In this document: positions 46,109 through 55,073 of the stretch, in pieces | How positions within the stretch are numbered: the first letter of the stretch is position 1 | Layout: the number at the start of each line of letters is the position of its first letter | Notes under the pieces: model-generated | What the model was told of the DNA's origin: nothing | What the model saw: only the letters and a program-made list of their open reading frames with translations | The model's database searches: none | Position numbers and translations under genes: made by a program | Assembly: GCA_022842945.1 (NCBI GenBank) | Contig: JALHOO010000001.1 | Span: forward strand, 24,847-88,846 | Length of the DNA stretch: 64,000 nt | Direction of reading: 5' to 3' | Source: Minisyncoccota bacterium | GTDB lineage: Bacteria > Patescibacteriota > Minisyncoccia > Phycocordibacterales > Phycocordibacteraceae

Positions 46109-47098
46109 ATGCTTAACAAGAACGCACATCTGCACGACGCAGTCTTTTCCAAAGACATTGCTGAGAAGCCAACACGCGACGGGTTTGGACTTGGTACGGT
46201 TGAAGCCGGGAAGAAGAATCCAAACGTTGTTGTACTGTGTGCCGATCTCAAAGAGTCTACGCGTGCGGAATGGTTCGAGAATGAGTTCCCGGACCGCTTC
46301 ATTGAAGTAGGTGTCGCAGAACAGAATATGGCAACCGTTGCGAGCGGTATGGCAGCGGTTGGGAAGCGTCCGTTCATTGCGTCGTATGCTGCCTTTTCTC
46401 CAGGACGTAACTATGAGCAAATTCGCACAACTATCGCACTCAACCAACAGCCGGTTGTTGTGTGCGGTATGCATGCAGGAGTGTCGGTAGGGCCGGACGG
46501 CGCTACGCACCAGATGCTCGAAGACATTGGCATGATGCGCATGCTTCCCAACATGAACGTTATCGTTCCGGGGGATGCTGAAGAAGCAAAGAAGGCTGTT
46601 ATGGCGGCCGCTGAATGCGAGGGACCTAGCTACATACGCTTTGGACGCACTGCAACTCCCGTGTTTACGACGCCTGATACGCCCTTTGCCATAGGGAAGG
46701 CGCTAGAGCTCTGGAGCTCAGAGAAGCCAAAGGTTGCTGTTATGTCTACCGGAGCGCTCTCGTATGAGGCGTTGCTTGCAGCGCGTGCGCTTGCGACAGA
46801 AGGGGTTGAGGTTTCAGTACTACACGTCCCGTCTGTTAAGCCACTCGACGAACAGGCAGTGCTCGCAGCTGCTAAGAAAGCAGGTCGGGTTATAACCATC
46901 GAAGAGCACCAGGCAGCGGGAGGTTTTGGAAGCGCTATTGCCGAGTTTCTTTCGGGAGCGTATCCCGTACCTATTACTCGCCTTGGGGTGCAGGACCAGT
47001 TTGGACAGTCCGGAACACCGTCTGAGCTACTTATACACTACGGCCTTTCAAGTGCCGCAATACGCAGTGCCGTACATGCTATCGTAAAGGGTACATAA
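46109..47098 (+). CDS. Transketolase, C-terminal (Pyr + C-terminal domain) subunit
   Basis: Motifs FIEVGVAEQNMATVASGMA, GPDGATHQMLEDIGMMRMLPNMNVIVPGD and the C-terminal domain. Confidence 0.85.
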   Translation: MLNKNAHLHDAVFSKDIAEKPTRDGFGLGTVEAGKKNPNVVVLCADLKESTRAEWFENEFPDRFIEVGVAEQNMATVASGMAAVGKRPFIASYAAFSPGRNYEQIRTTIALNQQPVVVCGMHAGVSVGPDGATHQMLEDIGMMRMLPNMNVIVPGDAEEAKKAVMAAAECEGPSYIRFGRTATPVFTTPDTPFAIGKALELWSSEKPKVAVMSTGALSYEALLAARALATEGVEVSVLHVPSVKPLDEQAVLAAAKKAGRVITIEEHQAAGGFGSAIAEFLSGAYPVPITRLGVQDQFGQSGTPSELLIHYGLSSAAIRSAVHAIVKGT

Positions 47099-47103
47099 TA
47101 CTT

Positions 47104-47274
47104 ATGCGCGGAAAGAAGCTTTCAACCTACGTAGCAGTGCTTGCAATTACAGTATTTGGCGGCATGGCCACTCTGCTCATTGTTAATGCGGCACACTCTG
47201 TTGAAGACGAGGGGGTGTACGCAGGCATGGATCCCTTTGCTCCAGAGCACGAGCCTGACGCTATTCACGAATAG
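47104..47274 (+). CDS. Possible small membrane protein (56 aa)
   Basis: An ATG-to-TAG ORF with one TM helix (VAVLAITVFGGMATLLIV), lying between tkt-C and the terminator. It is below the track's size cut-off. Confidence 0.25.
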   Translation: MRGKKLSTYVAVLAITVFGGMATLLIVNAAHSVEDEGVYAGMDPFAPEHEPDAIHE

Positions 47275-47278
47275 TGCA

Positions 47279-47312
47279 CAAAAAACACTCCCGCAATGCG
47301 GGAGTGTTTTTG
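47279..47312. terminator. Bidirectional intrinsic terminator
   Basis: Hairpin AAAAACACTCCCGC-AAT-GCGGGAGTGTTTTT. Confidence 0.65.
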
Positions 47313-47313
47313 T

Positions 47314-48309
47314 TTACGCAATGTCTGTGATCTTGTATTCCGGGGGTGCGTAAGCGAGATACTGTTCGAGCTTTTCGCGCGTAAGAAGTCCTGCCTGAGC
47401 ACCTACTTCCTGCACTACGGACATGGAGTTAATAGGTCCCCACAGAAGAGCCTCTTCAAGGGTCTTTCCAAGAGAGAGTGCCGCGGCAACCGTTGAGGCG
47501 AAGGAATCTCCAGCACCCGTGCGCTCAAATGGTGCACGCGCGTCTGGGTACATGGGTACGTGCATCTTTCGGATACCGTCGTATGCGTACGCACCCTCAC
47601 GTCCGTCGGTTATAACCACCGTCTCAGGTCCAAGCGCCCGCATGTCCTCAAGAAGAGAACCCATGTCAGTACTCTTGGTGCCAAGAATACGCATAGCCTC
47701 CTCTTTGTTGCAGAAGAAGAGTGCGCTTCTCGTGTAGAGTGCAGAAAGTTTCTCCTTGCCCAGCTTCATCTGGAAGGTCCCCGGCTGGAAGGCGAGCTTT
47801 GTGGTTGGGTGCTTCTCGAGGAAGCTAACCAGTGCCTCGTGATAGGGAAGCGAGTTCTCTGAAAGAGATGAGAGGTACACCCACGCAGGACTCTCCGATA
47901 GCTCAGGAACGGTATAGGTGTAGTCCTCATGCTTTACGAGAATAGTACGCTCGCTTCCGTACCAGAGTACGTAATGGTAGTTAGTGTTCTTACCCGGCTC
48001 TGTAACCATAAGAGAGGTGTCCACGCCTTCCTCGACAAGCTTCGCAATGCATTCAGGTCCGTACCGGTCGTCTCCTACATAGGCACGAAGAGAACTAGAG
48101 AGACCAAGTCTACTTGCGGACACGGCCGCGTTTGACGCGTTGCCCACAGCTACCGCTAACACGGCGTATTCATAGGGTATTTTGTCCCCAAAGCGCATGC
48201 ACAGCTGCTTGCCCTCAGCGTCTTTCATCTCTTCTACGTGTGCGTCCGTAAGGCGAATAAAGGGTTCTGTAACAATGTCGCCGATGGCGAGGAAATCAAT
48301 AGGCTTCAT
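47314..48309 (-). CDS. PfkB-family carbohydrate kinase (ribokinase/fructokinase-like)
   Basis: C-terminal GAGDSFASTVAAAL and N-terminal FLAIGDIVTEPFI. The start is uncertain: the track ORF extends to 48348. Confidence 0.65.
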   Translation of the reverse strand: MKPIDFLAIGDIVTEPFIRLTDAHVEEMKDAEGKQLCMRFGDKIPYEYAVLAVAVGNASNAAVSASRLGLSSSLRAYVGDDRYGPECIAKLVEEGVDTSLMVTEPGKNTNYHYVLWYGSERTILVKHEDYTYTVPELSESPAWVYLSSLSENSLPYHEALVSFLEKHPTTKLAFQPGTFQMKLGKEKLSALYTRSALFFCNKEEAMRILGTKSTDMGSLLEDMRALGPETVVITDGREGAYAYDGIRKMHVPMYPDARAPFERTGAGDSFASTVAAALSLGKTLEEALLWGPINSMSVVQEVGAQAGLLTREKLEQYLAYAPPEYKITDIA

Positions 48310-48391
48310 AGGGCGAGTATACCGCATTTGGTGTTTGCGTAATCCCAATACACGAAGAGAAAGACTTCACCGTATCCGCTATACTAAAGGT

Positions 48392-49417
48392 ATGACTGAT
48401 CTCTCATCACTTGCGCGTTCCTTAGTAGTTCCGGGTAAGGGCATCCTCGCTGCAGACGAAAGCGAGGGCACTGCAGACGAGAAGCGTCTTGCGGCATTCG
48501 GTATTGAAACAGGTCCAGAGATGCGTCGGAAGTTCCGCGATCTCTTGCTTGCGACACCAGGCATCGAGGAATATTTGAGCGGCGTGATTTTGTACAAGGA
48601 GACGCTTTCTCAGAAAGATACGTCAGACGGTATTCCTTCCAAAGAGGTAGACGGTCTTCCGTTCTCCGAGCTTCTCGCGCGCCGCGGCATTATTCCTGGC
48701 ATCAAGGTGGATGAAGGTCTTGAGCCAATTGCTGAAGGCTCTAAGGAAACCATAACCAAGGGACTTCTCGGACTTCCTGAGAGACTTGCCGAGTATCATG
48801 CAGAGCACGGCACCCAGTTCACAAAGTGGCGGGCGGCGCTACGTATTGAAGGAGACACCCTTCCAAGTGCTGCAGCACTCGTAGAGAATGCAAAGCGCCT
48901 TGCCTCATATGCCTGCGAGGTGCAGCGGGCCGGTATGGTGCCTATCCTTGAGCCAGAGGTTCTCTTGGATGGGGCACACGGGCGTTTGCGCTCACGTGCG
49001 GTGCTTGAACAGACCATGCGTGTTCTCTTTGAGACACTGAACGAACAGTGTGCTGACATCTCCGGCATCATCATAAAGACCTCCATGGTGCTTTCTGGAA
49101 GCGAGACTGGGAAGAAGGACACCCCCGAAGAAGTGGCAGAGGATACGGTGGGGGCGCTTATGGAAAGCGTGCCACGAGAGGTTGCAGGAATTGTATTCCT
49201 TTCAGGAGGCCAGACTCCGGACCAGGCAACGGAGAACCTTGCGGCTATAACCGTAGCCGCACGCGCAAAGAACGCACCGTGGCCTCTAACCTTTAGCTAC
49301 GGACGCGCTCTTCAGGAAGAGGCGCTCAGCGTATGGAAGGGAAAGGATGAGAACGTAACAGAGGCACGTGCAGTCTTCCTTGCGCGCCTTGCGAAAGTTG
49401 CAGGGGCCATTACGTAG
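48392..49417 (+). CDS. Fructose-bisphosphate aldolase, class I
   Basis: GKGILAADESEGTADEKRLAAFGIE... with the Schiff-base Lys region (GIIIKTSMV). ATG 48392 chosen; the long upstream extension in the track is non-coding-like. Confidence 0.8.
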   Translation: MTDLSSLARSLVVPGKGILAADESEGTADEKRLAAFGIETGPEMRRKFRDLLLATPGIEEYLSGVILYKETLSQKDTSDGIPSKEVDGLPFSELLARRGIIPGIKVDEGLEPIAEGSKETITKGLLGLPERLAEYHAEHGTQFTKWRAALRIEGDTLPSAAALVENAKRLASYACEVQRAGMVPILEPEVLLDGAHGRLRSRAVLEQTMRVLFETLNEQCADISGIIIKTSMVLSGSETGKKDTPEEVAEDTVGALMESVPREVAGIVFLSGGQTPDQATENLAAITVAARAKNAPWPLTFSYGRALQEEALSVWKGKDENVTEARAVFLARLAKVAGAIT

Positions 49418-49446
49418 CATTAATACCAAGAGCTAAGAGTATCTAT

Positions 49447-49698
49447 ATGAACGTACAGTTTAACGAGCCTGAGTATGCAGCAGCGCCAGCCGCTCTAGCC
49501 TCTAATAAGAGGGGACCCCTTATGGGCTTTATCATTGGGCAGAAATGGGCGAAAGATGAAGCGGGAGCGCAGCGCATCCTTCTGTACATTCTCATTGTTG
49601 TTGTGGCTGTTACCGGTATGATCCTTGTATCAGGATTAAACTTCTCAAGTCCTCCTCCACCCATTATTCCTGCAACACCAGGAGCTGGTGCGCCCTAG
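49447..49698 (+). CDS. Small single-TM membrane protein, FNEEP family member C
   Basis: MNVQFNEPEY N-terminus, KWAKDEAGAQ, and a TM helix ILLYILIVVVAVTGMILV. Paralogous to members A and B. Confidence 0.5.
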   Translation: MNVQFNEPEYAAAPAALASNKRGPLMGFIIGQKWAKDEAGAQRILLYILIVVVAVTGMILVSGLNFSSPPPPIIPATPGAGAP

Positions 49699-49719
49699 TG
49701 CATCAAGAGATACTGAAAT

Positions 49720-50181
49720 CTAATAGGGATTACAGATGCAGTAGTAGGTATTCGACGATGTGTCGCACCAATTCTGCCCCGGTGCCCACGGACGACACGA
49801 ACCTGCATATCCGGTTGAGGCAGCGGTGCCGGAAAATTGACTTACGACAAGACCTCCAATGGCTCCTCCATAGTCGTAGTAGTAGTACGGATACGAGGGA
49901 TTAGGAGAGGTGGGGAGCGAAGCAATAAATCCTTCAGTAACTAGTGGTGTAAGTACGTTTGGAAGGAGCGATCCACAGCATGATTGGGGGTTTGCTGGAT
50001 AGGCACCGTACTTGCCGAAGTACAGCTGCAGCGCTGTAGACACTTGTCTGAGATCGGTACGAATTTTCGCATCATTTGCCTTTGCGCGGGCAGTGCCAAG
50101 AGAAGCGAGTACCACACTTGAAAGCACGCCAATGATGGCGATTACCACGAGAAGTTCAATAAGGGTGAAGCCGCGTTTCAT
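49720..50181 (-). CDS. Type IV pilin / pseudopilin, second paralog
   Basis: MKRG^FTLIELLVVIAIIGVLSSVVLASL. Residues 5-31 are identical to the first pilin, while the C-terminal domain diverges and contains a YPYYYYDYGG segment. Start at ATG 50181; the track ORF extends to 50304. Confidence 0.8.
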   Translation of the reverse strand: MKRGFTLIELLVVIAIIGVLSSVVLASLGTARAKANDAKIRTDLRQVSTALQLYFGKYGAYPANPQSCCGSLLPNVLTPLVTEGFIASLPTSPNPSYPYYYYDYGGAIGGLVVSQFSGTAASTGYAGSCRPWAPGQNWCDTSSNTYYCICNPY

Positions 50182-50182
50182 A

Positions 50183-50434
50183 TTATCGGGGGACCGTCTG
50201 TTGAGACTGTGCTCGTTCAGTGTATTCGTTTGGAGACACGGTAGTGGTGCTGTTTCCGTTGAGTAACGCAATACCGGCAAGGACGAGGCATCCAGCTGCC
50301 ACAACTAGTAATACAATAAGAGCTTGTTTTTCATCCTTGGCGAATCCCCAGCGCATCACAAGCGCATAGAGGCCTGTGGGTGCGGAGCTCACCGTCCGTG
50401 CCATCTGCGGCTCTTCATTAAAGGTAACGCTCAT
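50183..50434 (-). CDS. Small single-TM membrane protein, FNEEP family member B
   Basis: MSVTFNEEPQ N-terminus, WGFAKDEKQA, and a TM helix LIVLLVVAAGCLVLAGIAL. Its stop abuts the pilin-2 start, so the two are probably co-transcribed. Confidence 0.5.
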   Translation of the reverse strand: MSVTFNEEPQMARTVSSAPTGLYALVMRWGFAKDEKQALIVLLVVAAGCLVLAGIALLNGNSTTTVSPNEYTERAQSQQTVPR

Positions 50435-50543
50435 ACCTAGTACTATAGCTAATTGTAGAGCATTGTAGATAGAGTCCGGGGACAGTGGTCACCAGGGCTA
50501 CGCACTTGTGCCTAACAGCCTTTTCAGGCATACTCCATGCACT

Positions 50544-51179
50544 ATGCAGCACAGCCTAACCGTTTCCCCCCGCACTATTGTGGGCAAGAGTTCTGAGAGC
50601 CTTAACAAAGAGGGCGCATTGCCTGCGGTCGTATACGGCCCAAAGCAGGAGGCAATCTCTCTAACCGTACCCCTCGCTGAGTTTGAGGCGCTCCTTCGCC
50701 GTGGTGGTGAGTCTGCGCTTATTACCCTCACAGGACTCGAGAAGCCTCTCCAGGTGCTTATCCATGATCTTGATCGCGACCCGGTTACCCACGTACCCCG
50801 TCACGCTGATTTCTATGCGGTAGAGAAGGGAGCAAAGGTTACGGTATCGGTACCGCTCGCATTCGTTGGTGACTCTCTTGCCATGAAGGCAGGCGCAAAC
50901 CTCGTTAAGGTGCTTCATGAAGTTGAGATCGAGTCTGACCCTTCAAAGCTCCCCTCTGAGATCGAGGTGGACATCTCCGCGCTCGCTGAGATGGGCGACC
51001 AGATCCACGTATCCAGCCTCAAGGCCCCTGCAGGTGTCGAGATTCTCACTCCTGGAGACGAAGTAGTAGCGCTCGCGCAGGCTGTAGAAGAAGAGCCTGA
51101 GGAGACTGCAACGCTTGATATGGATGCTATTCAGGTTGAGAAGAAGGGCAAGGCAGAGACAGAAGAGGAAGCAGCGTAA
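50544..51179 (+). CDS. rplY: Ribosomal protein L25 / general stress protein Ctc form
   Basis: TVSPRTIVGKSSESLNKEGALPAVVYG... plus the C-terminal Ctc extension. The track starts at GTG 50508. Confidence 0.8.
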   Translation: MQHSLTVSPRTIVGKSSESLNKEGALPAVVYGPKQEAISLTVPLAEFEALLRRGGESALITLTGLEKPLQVLIHDLDRDPVTHVPRHADFYAVEKGAKVTVSVPLAFVGDSLAMKAGANLVKVLHEVEIESDPSKLPSEIEVDISALAEMGDQIHVSSLKAPAGVEILTPGDEVVALAQAVEEEPEETATLDMDAIQVEKKGKAETEEEAA

Positions 51180-51253
51180 CGCACTCGAATTGAACAAACG
51201 CCTGCACGTACGTGCAGGCGTTTGTCGTACGTCATCTGGTATACTAGTCCTCT

Positions 51254-52585
51254 ATGAAGCGCTCGTTCATTGTTGCTGCTCTCTTTCTTTCCGTTCTCGT
51301 CCTTCCTGGCGTTCTTGTTGCGCAGGAGCTTTCTGGCGAGGAGCGTGCGGCGCTTGAGCGACAGCTCGCGAATCTCGAGCGCGAGATGCAGCGCACACAA
51401 GCAACCATTGATTCTCTTTCAGCTGAAGGCGCGTCCCTTCAGCGCGACATTGCTATTCTTGATGGCGAGATTAAGAAAGCAAAGCTCCAGGTGCGCACTA
51501 CCGAAACAGAGATCCAGGCGCTTTCTGCCGGCATAACCATACACAGCAGAACTATCGGTACGCTCTCAGAGAAGATGATACGTGAGCAGGAGTCTCTTGC
51601 GCAGATTCTGCGCCGTACTGACGCTATAGATGACACGTCTCTAGTTGAAGCGGTCCTTTCAAACGGCGACCTCTCTGACGTATTTGGAGACCTTGATGCG
51701 TTTGCATCCGTGAAGCAGGCGATGCGTGTTTCCTTTGAAGAACTGCGTGATACCCGCATTGAGACTGAGAGGGAGAAGATGGGTCTTGAAGACCAGCGTA
51801 CAGACCAGCAGATATTGCGTTCTGCACTCATCCTGGACCAACAGAAGGTGCAGGCAAAGGAAGCAGAAAAGAGAAAACTCCTTAACGAGACCAAGGGACA
51901 GGAGAGCCAGTACCGCCAACTCAAGAGCTCCCAGGAACAGACGGCGGCACAGATTCGCGCAAAGCTATTCCCGCTTCGCGACACGAGCGGTATTCAGTTC
52001 GGAGACGCCGTGAAGTATGCACAATCTGCCTCGAGAGTAACTGGCGTACGTCCCGCACTTATTCTTGCGATCCTTTCGCAGGAATCAGACCTTGGAAAGA
52101 ATGTGGGCCAGTGTCTCATAACGGACCTCACTACCGGAGACGGAAAGGGAAAGAACACGGGTACCCCGTTCCCGGGCACCATGAAAGTCCCGCGCGACAC
52201 CGTGCCGTTTGAGCGTCTTATGAAGGCAGCAGGACGTGATTGGCGCGCAACACCAATCTCCTGTCCTCTCCCTGGAGGGTATGGAGGTGCTATGGGACCA
52301 ACGCAGTTCATCCCAAGTACCTGGGAGATGTACGAGGCACGTATTAAGTCTGCGCTTGGTGTGGGGGCAGCTGATCCATGGAATGCGCTTCATGCCATAA
52401 CCGCAACCGGTCTCTATCTGTCAGACGGGGGAGCTGCAGGAGGATCCTATATTGCTGAGCACACCTCAGCAGCCAAATACTACGCAGGAGGGAACTGGGC
52501 GACGTCTGGCCAGGGATACGCCAACAGTGTTATGTCGAAGGCAGCAGCGTTCCAGAAAGACATTGATTTCTTGAACGCAAACTAG
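51254..52585 (+). CDS. Secreted coiled-coil protein with a C-terminal lytic-transglycosylase (SLT-like) domain
   Basis: Signal peptide MKRSFIVAALFLSVLVLPGVLVAQ, about 250 aa of coiled coil, then AILSQESDLG...GAMGPTQFIPSTWEMY resembling the SLT catalytic motifs. Confidence 0.5.
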   Translation: MKRSFIVAALFLSVLVLPGVLVAQELSGEERAALERQLANLEREMQRTQATIDSLSAEGASLQRDIAILDGEIKKAKLQVRTTETEIQALSAGITIHSRTIGTLSEKMIREQESLAQILRRTDAIDDTSLVEAVLSNGDLSDVFGDLDAFASVKQAMRVSFEELRDTRIETEREKMGLEDQRTDQQILRSALILDQQKVQAKEAEKRKLLNETKGQESQYRQLKSSQEQTAAQIRAKLFPLRDTSGIQFGDAVKYAQSASRVTGVRPALILAILSQESDLGKNVGQCLITDLTTGDGKGKNTGTPFPGTMKVPRDTVPFERLMKAAGRDWRATPISCPLPGGYGGAMGPTQFIPSTWEMYEARIKSALGVGAADPWNALHAITATGLYLSDGGAAGGSYIAEHTSAAKYYAGGNWATSGQGYANSVMSKAAAFQKDIDFLNAN

Positions 52586-52662
52586 CCTGTGCATAAGGCG
52601 TAGGATGCTTCGATAAACCGAGGCATACTTAGTACTATCAAGAATAACGTTACCTAGTATCT

Positions 52663-54672
52663 ATGCTCACTCACTCCACCTTGCGATCAGTCGTACCGCT
52701 TCTTCTACTTGCAGCTTCTTTTATCGTTGCGGCAGGGGCCATGGTTGTTGTTCCTGAAACGACGTACGCGCAGTGTGGCGGGATTACACTCGTCTGTACA
52801 AGCGATAGAGGTAGCCAGGGTGATGGTAATTTTTCACATGCCACAAACGGTTGCCTTAGCGGCTTTGGATATATACAACAGGATCAGTGCGACTCGGGCG
52901 GAGGAGGAGGAGGAGATGTGGGAGGCGGCGGTGGTGGTGAAGTAAGTGGTCCAACTGCATTCATTCTTATTAATCCAGACTCACTCGTCGCTGGATCCTC
53001 GGCAGAACTTTCGTGGGGATCATCAAATGTGACCTCGTGCTCCATCAATCAGGGCATTGGAAGTGTTGGTGCAAACACGAACGGATCAAGGACGGTTTCC
53101 CCCACAGTAACAACAACGTACGTACTTACGTGCGCTACTGGCGAGCCACCGTCGGGATCGGTATGGCAGTACCAGTCGAGCGACATTTCAGACCTAAGTT
53201 GCCCACTTACACAGAACTCGAGCGTATACAATAACGTTCCTGATTGCCCGGGCTCTGCACAGGGTCCTCAAGGTCAGCAGTGCAACCCTGCAGCAAATGA
53301 TAGCTGCAAGATAAATTACGCAAACCAGTCCACATGTAATATCGAGACAAGTCTTTACACCTGCTCGCCGTCAGGCTCCTCTGGCTCAGGCACGGTAAGT
53401 AGTGCCGTTACGGTCACGGTTAACCAGGTACCAGATCTTATCGGTCAGGTTGGAGGTGCTGCAACAACGAATGCAAATCAGCCTGTGACACTTTATGGCG
53501 GTGTGGCGAATGAGGGAGTTGGTGCTGCGGAATACTTCCCGAATCTTATTCAGGTGTGTGACACCAACTGCGCAACAATTAATCAGACAATAGCAGCGAC
53601 TGCGGCAGATTCATTAGCACCTGAGGCTTGGCAGCAAGTATCAGCTTCGTATACGCCGTCTACTCAGGGTCAACAGTTCTATCGTGTGTGTGCAAACAAC
53701 AACACGAGCTGGGTGAATGTGCATACGGAGAGTAACTATGGGAACAACTGTAGTGGCTGGCAGCATCTTACAGTTGGTACTCCTGCACCAGATCTTACGG
53801 CGGGTGCCATAACACCTAATACGGCTTCCTTGGGACAGACACGAACTCTCTCTGCAACCATTACTAATGTGGGGGCTGTAGCTGCTGGCGCGAGTACAGG
53901 ATACTTCCAGCTCACGGCACCGGTAGCAAAGCAGTCAACAAACGCATCGGTATCAATCCCAACGATTTCGCCAAGTGGAGCGACGCCTGCAAGCTTTAGT
54001 TACACGTTCCTAACGTCAGGTACGTATAGTGTCCGCTTGTGTGCAGATTGGGCCAATACAGTTGCCGAATCAAACGAAGGCAATAATTGCGGTCCGTGGA
54101 CTGATGTGTCAGTGAGTGAAACGCCTGTTAATTCAAGTGTCTCGTGCTCGGTTAATACCCAATCTGCGCTTGTTGGGGGAAGTGTGACCTATACGGCAAG
54201 TCCTGTCGCGGGTGCCACATCACCCTATAGCTGGCTCGGTTCAGATGGTGCAACCGGCTTTGGTTCAGGAAGCACGGTAACGCGCACCTTCACAGGTACT
54301 GGAAGTTACGGTATGCAGGTAACGGCAACCAATGCTGCGACGCCCGCACAGTGTCCTCTGGTTACCGTTGGTGCAAGCTGGTGTACTGCCGGTTCCCCAA
54401 CACTCACCATAACGGCAACACCAAACCGTGTTCGTGCAGGGCAGTCCTCGGTAGTTACGTGGAGTGCCTCTGGAGTAAACGGAGAGGGCGCGAGCTGTAC
54501 GGTAACGGGCCTTACCACGCCATGGAGCTCAGCAGTCTCTGCAGCTCCTGTGTGTAGCGCTGGAAGTAGTGCAACAGAGACTATTAACACTCAGCGCACC
54601 TTTACGCTTACGTGTGGAGGGCAGAGTCAGTCCGTAACCGTAAACGTTATTCCGGGCATCATTGAGTTCTAG
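52663..54672 (+). CDS. Secreted Cys-rich protein with CARDB-like repeat domains
   Basis: A signal peptide, then a poly-Gly linker GGGGGGDVGGGGGGEV. Two domains end in the CARDB signature ESN(Y/E)GNNC (..VHTESNYGNNCSGW and ..VAESNEGNNCGPW). Confidence 0.5.
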   Translation: MLTHSTLRSVVPLLLLAASFIVAAGAMVVVPETTYAQCGGITLVCTSDRGSQGDGNFSHATNGCLSGFGYIQQDQCDSGGGGGGDVGGGGGGEVSGPTAFILINPDSLVAGSSAELSWGSSNVTSCSINQGIGSVGANTNGSRTVSPTVTTTYVLTCATGEPPSGSVWQYQSSDISDLSCPLTQNSSVYNNVPDCPGSAQGPQGQQCNPAANDSCKINYANQSTCNIETSLYTCSPSGSSGSGTVSSAVTVTVNQVPDLIGQVGGAATTNANQPVTLYGGVANEGVGAAEYFPNLIQVCDTNCATINQTIAATAADSLAPEAWQQVSASYTPSTQGQQFYRVCANNNTSWVNVHTESNYGNNCSGWQHLTVGTPAPDLTAGAITPNTASLGQTRTLSATITNVGAVAAGASTGYFQLTAPVAKQSTNASVSIPTISPSGATPASFSYTFLTSGTYSVRLCADWANTVAESNEGNNCGPWTDVSVSETPVNSSVSCSVNTQSALVGGSVTYTASPVAGATSPYSWLGSDGATGFGSGSTVTRTFTGTGSYGMQVTATNAATPAQCPLVTVGASWCTAGSPTLTITATPNRVRAGQSSVVTWSASGVNGEGASCTVTGLTTPWSSAVSAAPVCSAGSSATETINTQRTFTLTCGGQSQSVTVNVIPGIIEF

Positions 54673-54699
54673 TCTTTTCTAGGTTCAGGGTAGGTACGA

Positions 54700-54725
54700 G
54701 AACCGCTCCCTGGGGGGCGGTTGCT
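54700..54725 (+). terminator. Possible intrinsic terminator
   Basis: Imperfect hairpin GAACCGCTCCC-TG-GGGGGCGGTTGC. Confidence 0.3.
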
Positions 54726-54758
54726 CGCTTTACGGTGCTCTGGTATAGTTTCGAAGCA

Positions 54759-55016
54759 ATGAAGAAAGACATCCACCCAGCAGATTACCGTCAGGTCCTC
54801 TTTGAGGATATGTCCTCTGGCGCCCAGTTCTTGGTTGGTTCAACTATCCGTACGTCGGAGACAGGAACCTTCGAAGGCAAGGAGTACCCAAAGTACGTTA
54901 TCGAGATCTCAAGCGCCTCTCACCCGTTCTACACCGGTGAGGACCGCTCTCTTGATAAGACGGGACGCGTTGAGCGCTTCAAGCAGCGCCAGGCAGTCGC
55001 AAAAGCAGGCAAGTAA
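54759..55016 (+). CDS. rpmE: Ribosomal protein L31
   Basis: MKKDIHPADYRQVLFEDMSSGAQFLVGSTI...HPFYTG. Confidence 0.85.
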   Translation: MKKDIHPADYRQVLFEDMSSGAQFLVGSTIRTSETGTFEGKEYPKYVIEISSASHPFYTGEDRSLDKTGRVERFKQRQAVAKAGK

Positions 55017-55027
55017 CGATCGTATAC

Positions 55028-55056
55028 GAGCGCTCCGCCAAAAGGCGGGGCGCTCT
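55028..55056 (+). terminator. Intrinsic terminator after rpmE
   Basis: Hairpin GAGCGCTCCGCC-AAAA-GGCGGGGCGCTC followed by TTG. Confidence 0.5.
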
Positions 55057-55073
55057 TGCGGTATCATCTCACT

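Noticed and set aside
48182-48391. Track-defined 70-aa N-terminal extension of the aldolase ORF
   Set aside because: The extension (MSPKRMHSCLPSASF...) is non-conserved and overlaps the convergent PfkB kinase gene end. ATG 48392 yields the canonical class I aldolase N-terminus MTDLSSLARSLVVPGKGILAADES.
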